From Alkanindiges illinoisensis DSM 15370 (GTDB taxonomy: Bacteria; Pseudomonadota; Gammaproteobacteria; Pseudomonadales; Moraxellaceae): a stretch of 32,000 bases of DNA. The notes beneath the pieces were generated by a model. The model saw only the letters and a list, made by a program, of their open reading frames with translations. It had not been told where the DNA came from and did not search any database. Numbering within the stretch: the first letter of the stretch is position 1; each line of letters opens with the position of its first letter. The stretch spans positions 30,001 to 62,000 of the forward strand of contig NZ_JHUX01000004.1 in assembly GCF_000619845.1 (NCBI RefSeq). Reading direction: 5' to 3'. This document shows positions 8,638-18,110 of this stretch, one piece after another. The translations under genes were made by a program, and so were the position numbers.

Positions 8638-9648
8638 TCAATGCACATGCAAAATATCAATAGTAGGCGGCGTTCTAAACCTTAAAGGTATGCCCACCAG
8701 TCCAGTACCAACCGTGACAAATACCTGGGCATTTTTGACCTGATATAGGCCCTTTTTAAAGCCCAGCAAAGATACCCGGCTTAGCACATAATCGGTAAGC
8801 CACGGTAACTCCAGTTGGCCACCGTGCGTATGGCCTGACAGCATCAGCGGGCGATAGGGTAAATCGGGTACTTGTGCCACCGTATCCGGGTTATGCGCCA
8901 GAATGAGCCAGGGTTTATCCTGTGGCAGCGCTGGCATGGCTTGCATGTCTGCTTTACCTGCCCATAAATCCCCCACCCCAATCAGACGGATTTCATTCAT
9001 TTCAATAATTTTTCCTTCGATGGGAATAATATTGGCAGCTTCAAGTCCTTCCTTGAGCACCTGCTGAATGGGTGGTCCCGGTATTTGCTCATCATGATTA
9101 CCCGGCACTGAATAAGCCGGTGCGTTAAAACCGGATAGAATTTTCAGGTCTTTAATCAGTTGGTCACTGGGTTCATAAGTCCAGTCCCCGGAAATCACAA
9201 TAAAGTCCGGTTGTTCCTGATTCACCAGATTGACAATGCGTTTAAGCTGACGGGCACGTCCTGAAAACAGGCCCACATGAATATCGGCCAGCAAGGCTAC
9301 CCTTAAGGGGTCCTGCAAGGGTGGCGAATCATGTAAGTGTACCGGGGTGCGACGGACAACCAGAATCTGCGGTTCCACAAAGCGGGCATAAATTAAAAAA
9401 ACCGACAGCAGCAACATCGGCACCGCTTGCCATGCATCCTGCAGACCAATTGACCACTGCCAGAGCGTCCATGAGAAAAACGGCAAGGTCAGATATAAAC
9501 CGTAATAGACAAATAACAAAATAAAGGTCTTGAATGGCGAAACAGTCAGGGAATGACGGCAGCCATGAATCGCACGGATTACAGCATATACTGCCAGAAG
9601 CAGAAAAATGCCATTAAAAATAATCTGTACTGAAGCAGGGTCAGTCAT
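8638..9648 (-). CDS. Membrane-anchored metallophosphoesterase (calcineurin-like, YaeI/YkuE type)
   Basis: It has the motifs LADIHVG, GDWTY, PGNHD and GHTHGGQ after N-terminal TM helices. I place the start at the ATG at 9648 (MTDPAS...), which is preceded by GGAG. The ORF-track TTG at 9735 is less likely. Confidence 0.85.
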   Translation of the reverse strand: MTDPASVQIIFNGIFLLLAVYAVIRAIHGCRHSLTVSPFKTFILLFVYYGLYLTLPFFSWTLWQWSIGLQDAWQAVPMLLLSVFLIYARFVEPQILVVRRTPVHLHDSPPLQDPLRVALLADIHVGLFSGRARQLKRIVNLVNQEQPDFIVISGDWTYEPSDQLIKDLKILSGFNAPAYSVPGNHDEQIPGPPIQQVLKEGLEAANIIPIEGKIIEMNEIRLIGVGDLWAGKADMQAMPALPQDKPWLILAHNPDTVAQVPDLPYRPLMLSGHTHGGQLELPWLTDYVLSRVSLLGFKKGLYQVKNAQVFVTVGTGLVGIPLRFRTPPTIDILHVH

Positions 9649-9907
9649 TATTTCTCCACTGGTTGAAAACCCCAAGCTATGGGGCAGTATCAGGCGTTGA
9701 TTCAATTCTATATAAATAGCGTTACGTAAACACAAAACTCATTGAATTACAGCTTGTTCATTTCTATTCTAGCAACACACAGTTATTTATTTATTTTAGT
9801 CAAGCAGTGCTTATACTATGTAAGCATTTCGCAACCAGTTTAATGATTGTGTGTCCCTGATTTTTACTCACTAACTCATTATTTTCTTGAAGAATAGGAT
9901 ATCCTGC

Positions 9908-11530
9908 ATGGAGCGCCAGACGACCTCAGGCTTTCTCTCCCAGTGGCTGAAGCTTGCGTTCATTTTTTGTTTAGGTTTTCTGCTGTATGCCTGCTCCAGC
10001 CTGCCGGAACGGATGCCTGTCAAACCCAGTTATTACATTTCTGATACTGGTAATACGCAACTTGGCCAACTGTTTGAAACGCGTAAGGCAGCGCATGAAG
10101 GGCTAACCGGCTATCACTTGCTGATTGACCCGATTGATGCCATTGCTGCACGTTTAATGCTGATTGAAAAAGCGCAAAAAAGTCTGGATCTGCAATATTA
10201 CATCTGGCACAACGACAAGGTTGGCGCGCTGGCACTGGAAGGCCTGCTGCGTGCGGCAGATCGTGGCGTTAAAGTACGTCTGCTGCTGGATGATAATAAT
10301 ACTGGCGATCTGGATGCCAGCCTGCTGGCACTTGATCAGCACCCGAATGTGGAAGTTCGCCTGTTTAACCCGTTTGTGTACCGCAAATGGCGCATGCTGA
10401 ATTATGTGCTGGACTTTAGCCGCAATAACCATCGCATGCATAACAAGACATTTATTGCTGACACTCAGGTCGCGCTAGTCGGCGGACGCAATATCAGCAA
10501 CCAGTATTATGATGCTGGTGAGAGTTTCCAGTTTTCCGATATCGATGTGATGATGGTGGGACAAGTGGTGCCAGAAGTTGCCAAGTCGTTTGACGATTAC
10601 TGGAACTACCCGATGGCCTATCCGGTTAGCCAGATGATCAATGCTAATGATCATCAGCTCACCCTCAACCAGTTACGTTTTCAGTTGGCCCATTATAAGG
10701 CCACCAGTACCGCACAAAATTACCTGAACCTAACCCGGGAACAGGCCGATTTTAATAACTGGCTGTCCGGTGACGAAAAAATGCAGTGGGTGCCTGTGCA
10801 TCTGGTGCAGGATTCGCCTGAAAAAATTAACAAGGACGCCAACCGCAGTGAACACCTGACATTCCAGCTACAGAACTTGGTGGGCAAACCACAAAAGCAA
10901 CTGGATATTATTTCAGCCTATTTTGTACCTGCCGATACAGGCACTGAATCGCTGATCAACCTGAAACGCCAAGGCGTACGGGTACGGGTGCTTACCAACT
11001 CCTATGCAGCCAATGATGTGGGCGTAGTACATGCTTTTTATGCCAAACGACGCAAAGAGTTGCTGGAAAATGGCATTGAGCTATATGAATTTTTACCACA
11101 GTCACGTACTGTAAAAAGCCGCAAGGGCAAAAAAAATCACATTAGTGCCTTAGCCGATGACAGTGCCGACAAGAAGGGTTTGAATGTGGGTGACAGCAGC
11201 GACGCTAGCCTGCATGCTAAAATGATGACGTTTGATAACCAGCAGGCTTTTATTGGGTCTTTTAACTTTGATCCGCGCTCGGCCAATTTAAATACCGAAA
11301 TTGGTGTTATCCTGGATAGCCCCACGCTGGCTACCCAGGTTTCCAAGGATCTGGACAGCGCCATTATGAATATTGCCTACCGCGTGCGACTCAATGAACG
11401 TGGCAAAATTGTCTGGGAAGAAAAAACACCCACGGGTATCAAAATTTATACTCAAGAACCCAACATTAGCCCGGTCAAGCGTTTTGGCTTGAAAATGCTG
11501 TCTTACCTGCCGCTGGATGGGTATATGTAA
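9908..11530 (+). CDS. Phospholipase D family lipoprotein (two HKD motifs)
   Basis: It has two HxK(x)4D motifs: HRMHNKTFIAD...GGRNIS and SLHAKMMTFD...GSFNFDPRS. The N-terminus has the lipobox LLYAC-SS. I place the start at the ATG at 9908 (MERQ...). An alternative TTG lies at 9887. Confidence 0.85.
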   Translation: MERQTTSGFLSQWLKLAFIFCLGFLLYACSSLPERMPVKPSYYISDTGNTQLGQLFETRKAAHEGLTGYHLLIDPIDAIAARLMLIEKAQKSLDLQYYIWHNDKVGALALEGLLRAADRGVKVRLLLDDNNTGDLDASLLALDQHPNVEVRLFNPFVYRKWRMLNYVLDFSRNNHRMHNKTFIADTQVALVGGRNISNQYYDAGESFQFSDIDVMMVGQVVPEVAKSFDDYWNYPMAYPVSQMINANDHQLTLNQLRFQLAHYKATSTAQNYLNLTREQADFNNWLSGDEKMQWVPVHLVQDSPEKINKDANRSEHLTFQLQNLVGKPQKQLDIISAYFVPADTGTESLINLKRQGVRVRVLTNSYAANDVGVVHAFYAKRRKELLENGIELYEFLPQSRTVKSRKGKKNHISALADDSADKKGLNVGDSSDASLHAKMMTFDNQQAFIGSFNFDPRSANLNTEIGVILDSPTLATQVSKDLDSAIMNIAYRVRLNERGKIVWEEKTPTGIKIYTQEPNISPVKRFGLKMLSYLPLDGYM

Positions 11531-11657
11531 ACCTATAAAGCTTAGATATCATTAGTCATCAATCAAAGCGCTATTTTGAATCTACTCTCAACAGCGCTAC
11601 TTTCTATAGTTACCTGTCTATCTATAATATATAACTAATAGCTGCGAATTAGACTCA

Positions 11658-12506
11658 TCATGCTGAGTAGGCTGGCTGAAGCACTTGCTGCTGCAATGCC
11701 AGCAGCCCTTCACTCATCTGGCGGTGCAGTTCTGCCGTTAAAGATTCTACATCGTGGCCTTCTGGTGAAATTGCAGGCAATGGCATCAGATGTGCACGTA
11801 TTTTTTTAAGTGCCAAGACCTGAAACAAGTGTGGCACAAAACCGTTATCATCAACAAATGGTACAATTTGGTCCAGTTGCCCCTGCTCATTCACATAGCA
11901 CAGCACCAAGGGCTGAATGGCTGTCCGTGTTGCTATGGCCGAGGCTAGTAGCTTGCCATGCAGGCGCTTTACCGCACTGCCATCGGTGGTGGTGGCTTCA
12001 GGAAAAAACAGTACGGGAATTTTCTGGTTTAAAAATCCGGAAATCTGTTCTTTAACCACCACAGAATCACCAGAACCACGCTTGATAAATAGCGTTCCAC
12101 CTGCCTGTGCCAGTCGGCCAAATACGGGCCAATTCTGGATTTCTGCCTTGGCCAGAAAGAAAATCCGGGTTTGCGAGCCAATCACTGCTACATCCAGCCA
12201 CGACACATGATTGCTGACCCAGAGAGCATGTTCAACAGGCATCGGTGCATGAACCGTCACTTCAATATCCAGTGCCTCGCACAGGCGACGGCAAAAATAG
12301 CGCACCATTCGCGTATGTTTTGGCTGGTTAGGCTGGCTAAATGCACCTTCCCGAAACGCCAGTCCAAAACCCTCATTAATCACTTTAAGCAAGGCAGTCA
12401 TGTGTTTTAACTGCCTGAGCGTCAATTGGCCCTTAACCTTTAACTGCTTAAATTGCTTTAATGAAACAAAAGGAACCTGGGACGGAAATAAATTCAACGT
12501 TTTCAC
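11658..12506 (-). CDS. Lysophospholipid / 1-acyl-sn-glycerol-3-phosphate acyltransferase family (PlsC-like)
   Basis: It has the HxxxxD catalytic motif NHVSWLDV and the FFPEATTTDG block. The start is a GTG at 12506, so it is uncertain. Confidence 0.8.
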   Translation of the reverse strand: MKTLNLFPSQVPFVSLKQFKQLKVKGQLTLRQLKHMTALLKVINEGFGLAFREGAFSQPNQPKHTRMVRYFCRRLCEALDIEVTVHAPMPVEHALWVSNHVSWLDVAVIGSQTRIFFLAKAEIQNWPVFGRLAQAGGTLFIKRGSGDSVVVKEQISGFLNQKIPVLFFPEATTTDGSAVKRLHGKLLASAIATRTAIQPLVLCYVNEQGQLDQIVPFVDDNGFVPHLFQVLALKKIRAHLMPLPAISPEGHDVESLTAELHRQMSEGLLALQQQVLQPAYSA

Positions 12507-12676
12507 CTGACTTATCGCTAAAAGCGGTGACCCGCCTGCTTAGCGTTTAACTAAAATGACCACAATATAGTGCCATATTTTCGGGCTAAAAAAATGAATG
12601 ATAAAGCAGGCTTTTAAAAATCATCTGGATGTGATTTTCCCCATACAACCCAAAATTATCTTAGTTAAATACATTT

Positions 12677-12695
12677 GATAATAATTATCATTTGC
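12677..12695 (+). promoter_or_regulatory. Fur-box-like operator in the sodA promoter
   Basis: GATAATAATTATCATTTGC matches the Fur consensus GATAATGATAATCATTATC at 15/19 positions (hand count). It lies 60-78 bp upstream of the sodA ATG and overlaps a TTGATA -35-like hexamer (12675-12680). Confidence 0.5.
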
Positions 12696-12754
12696 GTTAA
12701 TGCATTTATTTCTTTATTCTCAATCATCACTTTTGCCTTACTCCCGGACTGATC

Positions 12755-13369
12755 ATGGCTTATCAATTACCCGAACTCGCCTATGCCTACACTGCACTCG
12801 AGCCACATATTGATGCCAAAACCATGGAAATCCATCACAGCAGGCATCATCAGACTTACATCAACAACTTGAATGCAGCCATTACAGGTACAGTATGGGA
12901 AAAGCTGACGGTTGAAGAACTGCTTTCCCGCGTTGGCGAAATTCCTGCCGAACTCCGCAACACGGTCATTAACAACGCTGGTGGACATGCCAATCATTCG
13001 CTGTTCTGGACTGTCATGCAGCCTGATGCAGCGCAACAGCCTGTAGGTGTACTGGCACAGGCTATTGAAGATAATCTGGATGGTTTTGATGCTTTTAAGG
13101 CGGCATTTACCAAGGCGGCCTTAAGCCGGTTTGGTAGCGGCTGGGCCTGGCTTAATGTTACGCCTGATAAAAAATTAATTGTAGAAAGCACTGGCAACCA
13201 GGATTCCCCACTGATGCACGGCAACATCCCTATTCTGGGGCTGGATGTATGGGAACATGCTTATTACCTGAAATACCAAAACCGCCGACCTGACTATATT
13301 GGTGCTTTTTATAATGTTATCAACTGGGATGAAGTTTCACGGCGCTATCAGGTAGCACTTGATGCTTAA
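12755..13369 (+). CDS. sodA: Superoxide dismutase [Mn]
   Basis: The product is full length (204 aa). It has the motifs [24 protein letters not shown] (the Mn-type signature rather than the Fe-type AAQ..NH) and [19 protein letters not shown]. Confidence 0.9.
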   Translation: MAYQLPELAYAYTALEPHIDAKTMEIHHSRHHQTYINNLNAAITGTVWEKLTVEELLSRVGEIPAELRNTVINNAGGHANHSLFWTVMQPDAAQQPVGVLAQAIEDNLDGFDAFKAAFTKAALSRFGSGWAWLNVTPDKKLIVESTGNQDSPLMHGNIPILGLDVWEHAYYLKYQNRRPDYIGAFYNVINWDEVSRRYQVALDA

Positions 13370-13670
13370 CTCTACACAGGATACCGATACACATATGACC
13401 CATAAAACTGCTATTTCGCCGCCCATTGTAAAACCCAGAGCATCTGCCATGCCTCGCCTGCTTCGCTACGTCATTGGTACGCTGATTTTGCTGTCTGGCA
13501 GTGCAGTATTACTGATGAATGCTTTTAACAGTTTCTAGATCAATAGCACTGTTAATACAGCGTCAACGCATGACCTGCGCTTGCCAAGATCACACAAATA
13601 ATGCAGCAGACAACCACAAAATTGCTTAAAATAGCTGCTTCTTATTTTCTTGCTACAGGTCAATTCATAC

Positions 13671-15152
13671 GTGGAATATTTTGAGCGGCATCAGGGCGGT
13701 GAACGGGCATTGCTGGTTCACATGAGCGTTTATCAGCTTGAAGAACTGGATGTTGAAGAATTCAAGCTGCTGGCCCAGTCTGCCGGCGCTGATATTGTTG
13801 ACTTGATTACCGGTTCCCGCCAGCGCCCTGACCCCAAGCTGTTTATTGGCAGTGGCAAGGCTGAGGAAATTGCCGCCCGCGTTCAAACTGATGAGATTGA
13901 TCTGGTCATTTTTGACCACACCCTGACACCAGCGCAGGAACGTAACCTTGAGCGGGTCATGCAGTGCCGGGTCATTGACCGCACTGGCCTGATTCTGGAT
14001 ATTTTTGCCCAGCGCGCACGTACCCATGAGGGCAAGCTACAGGTGGAACTGGCCCAGCTGGAACATTTGTCCAGTCGTCTGGTACGCGGATGGACTCACC
14101 TTGAGAGGCAAAAAGGCGGGATTGGTTTACGTGGTCCCGGTGAAACCCAGCTGGAAACCGACCGCCGCCTGCTGAGAATCCGGGTCACCCAGCTCAAGGA
14201 ACGGCTGGAAAAAGTACGGAAAACCCGTAGTCAGGGTCGTGCTGCACGCCAGAAAGCCGATGTACCAACCATTTCACTGGTGGGCTATACCAATGCCGGC
14301 AAGTCCACGCTGTTTAACAAGCTGGCCAACAGTGATGTCTATGCGGCCAACCAGTTGTTTGCCACACTTGACCCCACCTTGCGCCGTCTGGAATGGGATG
14401 GTCTTGGTACCGTCGTGCTGGCTGATACCGTGGGTTTTGTGCGTAACCTGCCGCACTCGCTGGTTGATTCCTTTCGCGCCACGCTGGAAGAAACGCTGGA
14501 AGCCTCATTATTGCTGCATGTGATTGATGCCAACAGCTCGGAAATGCACGAGCAAATTGAAGCAGTTGAAGCTGTGCTCAAGGAAATTGGCAACAATGTA
14601 CCAGTGCTGCGGGTCTATAACAAAATTGATGCCAGTGGCGATGAACCCCGCCTGGTGGAAGCCGCACCCAACCAGCCAGACCGGGTGTATGTGTCGGCTT
14701 ATACTGGCGCCGGGATCAACTTGCTAAAACAGGCAGTACAAACCTGCCTGATGGGCCAGCTGCATGACTTTGAACTCACCCTGCCGGCCAGTGCGGGCAA
14801 GTTGCGCAACCAGCTTTATCAGCTCAATGTGGTGCGAAACGAGCAAACACTGGACAATGGCTATAGCGTGCTTCAGGTTCATCTGGCACAGGACCAGCTC
14901 CAGCAGTTGATTGGCAAGGCACAGCTTTTGCCGCGCGAGGTATTGCCATCACATCAGGCTGCCTTGTTTGAACGGCCTCTGGAACATTTTGAGCAAACTT
15001 CGGCTGAGCAAGCGCAATTTGAGCCCAGTGATGACCCAGAACTTGCGTTTGACTTTGACGATGAAAATCCTTTATTGACAACGCAGGAGCAAGCAGGTCA
15101 ATCCGATGATGCCTTAGCGCATCCGCTGGAAAAGCCGCGTTCATCCTCTTAA
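13671..15152 (+). CDS. hflX: GTPase HflX
   Basis: The N-terminal HflX domain (ERALLVH...) is followed by the G-domain motifs GYTNAGKST, DTVGF and NKID. I place the start at the GTG at 13671 (aggt upstream; the N-terminus then aligns in length with E. coli HflX). An in-frame TTG at 13650 is the ORF-track alternative. Confidence 0.9.
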   Translation: MEYFERHQGGERALLVHMSVYQLEELDVEEFKLLAQSAGADIVDLITGSRQRPDPKLFIGSGKAEEIAARVQTDEIDLVIFDHTLTPAQERNLERVMQCRVIDRTGLILDIFAQRARTHEGKLQVELAQLEHLSSRLVRGWTHLERQKGGIGLRGPGETQLETDRRLLRIRVTQLKERLEKVRKTRSQGRAARQKADVPTISLVGYTNAGKSTLFNKLANSDVYAANQLFATLDPTLRRLEWDGLGTVVLADTVGFVRNLPHSLVDSFRATLEETLEASLLLHVIDANSSEMHEQIEAVEAVLKEIGNNVPVLRVYNKIDASGDEPRLVEAAPNQPDRVYVSAYTGAGINLLKQAVQTCLMGQLHDFELTLPASAGKLRNQLYQLNVVRNEQTLDNGYSVLQVHLAQDQLQQLIGKAQLLPREVLPSHQAALFERPLEHFEQTSAEQAQFEPSDDPELAFDFDDENPLLTTQEQAGQSDDALAHPLEKPRSSS

Positions 15153-15349
15153 ACTGTGCTCTCAAACATTAGCCCAGTTTTAATCTTAATCAATACGTTG
15201 ATACGCTTAGGTATAGTATTTAGCTAAACTGTTTATTGGCATGTGGTTTATTAGCAAATGGTGGAATAGCACTGATTGTGTTGGAGCGCTATGCTACCGC
15301 TGGGATTAATTGGGTCACTCCGGTTTTACAGTTCACTTTAGGCGATATC

Positions 15350-15775
15350 ATGCTGTGGAATAAATATGACTGGCCAGCATTGCTTGCCACTTTAAGCCTG
15401 ATTGTGCTGGTGCGGGAAAGCTGTGTCTGGTTGATGGGCCTGTTTGCACATCCCGAGCTTGGCAATTTAGTGGGTTTGCTGTTATTGCTGGCAATTCTGG
15501 TGCTGTGGCGCAAGATTAAACCCTTGCCCATTCGTATGCTGGATGCCAACACGCATATTATGAAAGAAAGTGCCTTTGCCTTTTTGCCTATTTCAGCAGG
15601 TGCCATCATCATGCTGGCGCATCTGGGCAAAGAGCTGCCGTGGTTTCTTTTTATTCTGGTATTTAGCACCCTGCTGCCACTGTGGCTTTATGCACAAATG
15701 GCCAAACGCTGGATGAGCTCAGGTAAGCAGAGCACCGCTCTGCCTGAGCGCAAGACGAAGGCTGTGCCTGAGTAG
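15350..15775 (+). CDS. CidA/LrgA family (holin-like / YohJ-type) membrane protein
   Basis: This is a small four-TM protein in the lrgA position relative to lrgB downstream. I place the start at the ATG at 15350 (MLWNKYDW..., 141 aa). The TTG at 15236 would add 38 non-typical residues. Confidence 0.7.
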   Translation: MLWNKYDWPALLATLSLIVLVRESCVWLMGLFAHPELGNLVGLLLLLAILVLWRKIKPLPIRMLDANTHIMKESAFAFLPISAGAIIMLAHLGKELPWFLFILVFSTLLPLWLYAQMAKRWMSSGKQSTALPERKTKAVPE

Positions 15776-16064
15776 CAAGTATCAGCACGTATTGCTTCAT
15801 CTAGGCGCAAGAGGCAAGCTCTACTTAAGTAACTCAGCTTAGCAGTGCCGCTTCGCCTTGCGGCATATATGCCTCATCTGCCTAAGCACAAGACCTTGCG
15901 ACACTGGTGTCTCATATAACTAATTGGGTAAAAACTAATTCAGCGTTGAGTAAATAGTGACCAGATATGAAGACGCTGATTAATTAACATGGTTCTGGCC
16001 CAGCGCTTATCACCATTAAATAAACACTTCACAGGCTTAGCCAGTTAAAGAGGAAATTATCACG

Positions 16065-16733
16065 ATGCTATTGGTCATTGCTGGCTTTGTCCTCACACTG
16101 GTTGCACATATATTAGCCCGTTTTTTGGGACAGTATTTTCCACGCCTGCCTGTGATTGTGATTGCCATGTTTATTGTACTGGCCCTGTTATGGCTGGTGC
16201 GCTGGCCGTATGACCATTACATGCAACAGGTGGATCAGCTATTCCGGCATTTGCTGGGCTATGTCACGGTGGCACTGGCCATTCCACTGGCAGCAATCCG
16301 GCTGGATGATGTGCCGCTCAAGGCACTGGTTGGGCTGTTTGTGTTTGCCACCCTCACCAGTGTAGCCATTCCCATGGGGCTGGCTTATGCCGTGCATTTG
16401 TCCTCGCCAACCGTACTGGCCTTTGCCACCCGTGCAGTGACCACCCCGATTGCCTTGAATATTGCAACATTAATCCATGCCCCACTGGCTATGGCAAGCC
16501 TGATTGTGATTTTATCCGGTCTGGTAGGTGCTGCCCTGTCACCTTTGATCTTGCGTCACCTGAATGATGAGCGCGCCGCAGGACTGGCCTTGGGACTGGC
16601 TGCCCATGCCATTGGTACAGTACAAGCCTGGCAACGCGGCCCAGTGGCCGGACGTTATGCGGCTTTTGGCATGGCGGTGAATGGAATTTTAACCGCCATC
16701 TGGCTGCCGCTGCTGTTCCTGAATTTGTTTTAA
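16065..16733 (+). CDS. LrgB family (YohK-type) membrane protein
   Basis: The product is 222 aa and polytopic, with the signature RAVTTPIALNIA and the GLAAHAIGT block. It is colinear with E. coli YohK over its full length. A strong RBS, aaagaggaa, precedes the ATG. Confidence 0.85.
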   Translation: MLLVIAGFVLTLVAHILARFLGQYFPRLPVIVIAMFIVLALLWLVRWPYDHYMQQVDQLFRHLLGYVTVALAIPLAAIRLDDVPLKALVGLFVFATLTSVAIPMGLAYAVHLSSPTVLAFATRAVTTPIALNIATLIHAPLAMASLIVILSGLVGAALSPLILRHLNDERAAGLALGLAAHAIGTVQAWQRGPVAGRYAAFGMAVNGILTAIWLPLLFLNLF

Positions 16734-16995
16734 TCCAGTGTTTGATTCTCTATTTTATGATCTGCATGGATCCAAATGTAGATATAGTTCCTTAATTTAG
16801 CGATAAATGATCGATCCGTTCACATAAAATAGTTGTAGGGAACCTTGTATTCGATTAAATTGTCTACAGATATATCAATGTTAAGTGTTGTTAATTTAAT
16901 TAACTTCAATTGCCGGTGATCTTATCTGTCCGCGCATCCATGCGCTGCTTAAAAGTAACAGATCATGCGATCGTTGAAGGTTAAGGAGAACCTAG

Positions 16996-17454
16996 ATGTT
17001 AAAATCGTTATCCATCGCTTGTGCAGCAAGTTTGACTTTCTTATGTGCTAGTTTTGCCCAGGCAGGTGATTTAACCGGCACATGGCGTACTATTGATGAC
17101 AAAACCGGCTTTTCCAAAGGTTTGGTTGAAATCAGAAAGGATAGTGCGGGCGCTTATCATGGCACCATTGTTAAAGTTATTCCCCGTCCCGGCTATACGC
17201 CCAAGGAAACCTGCCAGAACTGTCCAGCGCCTTACACTAATAAGCCCATGATTGGCTTGACTGTGCTAACTGGTTTACAGCAGGATCCCAAAAATGAAAA
17301 CAACTTCATCAATGCCAAAGTGCTTGATCCATTGTCCGGTAATATTTACAAAGGTAAAGCCAAGCTGAGTGCTGATGGCCGTCGCTTGACCATGCGTGGT
17401 TATGTCGGGATTTCTGCGCTGGGTCGCAGTCAAACCTGGATTCGCGAGGACTAA
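16996..17454 (+). CDS. DUF2147 domain protein, secreted (paralog 1)
   Basis: A signal peptide ending in AQA-GD is followed by GTWRTIDDKTG, CQNCPAPYT, LDPLSGNIYKGKA and RGYVGISALGRSQTWIR, which are hallmarks of DUF2147/COG4731 as I recall the family. The RBS is aaggag. Confidence 0.8.
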   Translation: MLKSLSIACAASLTFLCASFAQAGDLTGTWRTIDDKTGFSKGLVEIRKDSAGAYHGTIVKVIPRPGYTPKETCQNCPAPYTNKPMIGLTVLTGLQQDPKNENNFINAKVLDPLSGNIYKGKAKLSADGRRLTMRGYVGISALGRSQTWIRED

Positions 17455-17490
17455 ACCTAACCGCTGCTAAATACTTTTCTTCATTGCAAT

Positions 17491-17530
17491 AGGGCATAAT
17501 TATTAAAAAAATGATTATGCCCTTTTTTTT
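17491..17530 (+). terminator. Rho-independent terminator after DUF2147 paralog 1
   Basis: A perfect 10-bp stem, AGGGCATAAT (17491-17500) with ATTATGCCCT (17514-17523), is followed by a run of 8 T. Confidence 0.8.
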
Positions 17531-17574
17531 GTTTCAGCTACTATTAGAATGATTACTCTAATAAGGATTCTGCA

Positions 17575-18021
17575 ATGAAAAACTGGACACTGGGGTTAGT
17601 CTGTCTGATGAGTTGCGCCATAAGCCACGCGGCAGATGTGGCCGGGATCTGGCGTACCATTGATGACCGCACAGGCTTTTCCAAGGCACTGGTCGAAATC
17701 AAGAAACAGCCTGATGGTTCTTATACCGGCACCATTATCAAGATCATTCCGCGTCCAAATTACACGCCCAAGGAATTATGCCAGCACTGTCCAGCACCCT
17801 ATACCGACAAACCAATTCTGGGGCTGACCGTATTATGGGGCCTAAAAGCCGATCCAAACCGTCCTAACCAGTATACTGGCGCTCAGGTACTTGATCCGTT
17901 ATCCGGCAAGATTTATAAAGGCAAGGCCAAAGTAAATGCGGATAACCGCCAGCTAAGCATGCGTGGTTATGTGGGTATTTCTGCCTTGGGTCGCAGCCAG
18001 ATCTGGATTCGCGAGCATTAA
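17575..18021 (+). CDS. DUF2147 domain protein, secreted (paralog 2)
   Basis: It has the same architecture as paralog 1 and is roughly 70% identical to it by eye. Motifs are GIWRTIDDRTG, CQHCPAPYT and RGYVGISALGRSQIWIR. The RBS is aagga. Confidence 0.8.
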   Translation: MKNWTLGLVCLMSCAISHAADVAGIWRTIDDRTGFSKALVEIKKQPDGSYTGTIIKIIPRPNYTPKELCQHCPAPYTDKPILGLTVLWGLKADPNRPNQYTGAQVLDPLSGKIYKGKAKVNADNRQLSMRGYVGISALGRSQIWIREH

Positions 18022-18065
18022 TCAGCCAGCATTTCCTGATTTATTATTTAAAAAAATTTAAACTT

Positions 18066-18110
18066 ACTGAAAGCATGCGAGCCCATTTTTCCATGCTTTC
18101 AGTCGTTTTG
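18066..18110 (+). terminator. Rho-independent terminator after DUF2147 paralog 2
   Basis: A perfect 12-bp stem, ACTGAAAGCATG (18066-18077) with CATGCTTTCAGT (18092-18103), is followed by cgttttgtt. Confidence 0.7.

Noticed and set aside
16803-16821. A GCGATAAATGATCGATC sequence upstream of DUF2147 paralog 1. It shares GCGATAAAT with the lipoprotein operator and looked Fur-box-like.
   Set aside because: The best hand alignment to the 19-bp Fur consensus gives only about 8/19 matches, and no second palindrome arm is present. The shared 9-mer is AT-rich and may be chance.
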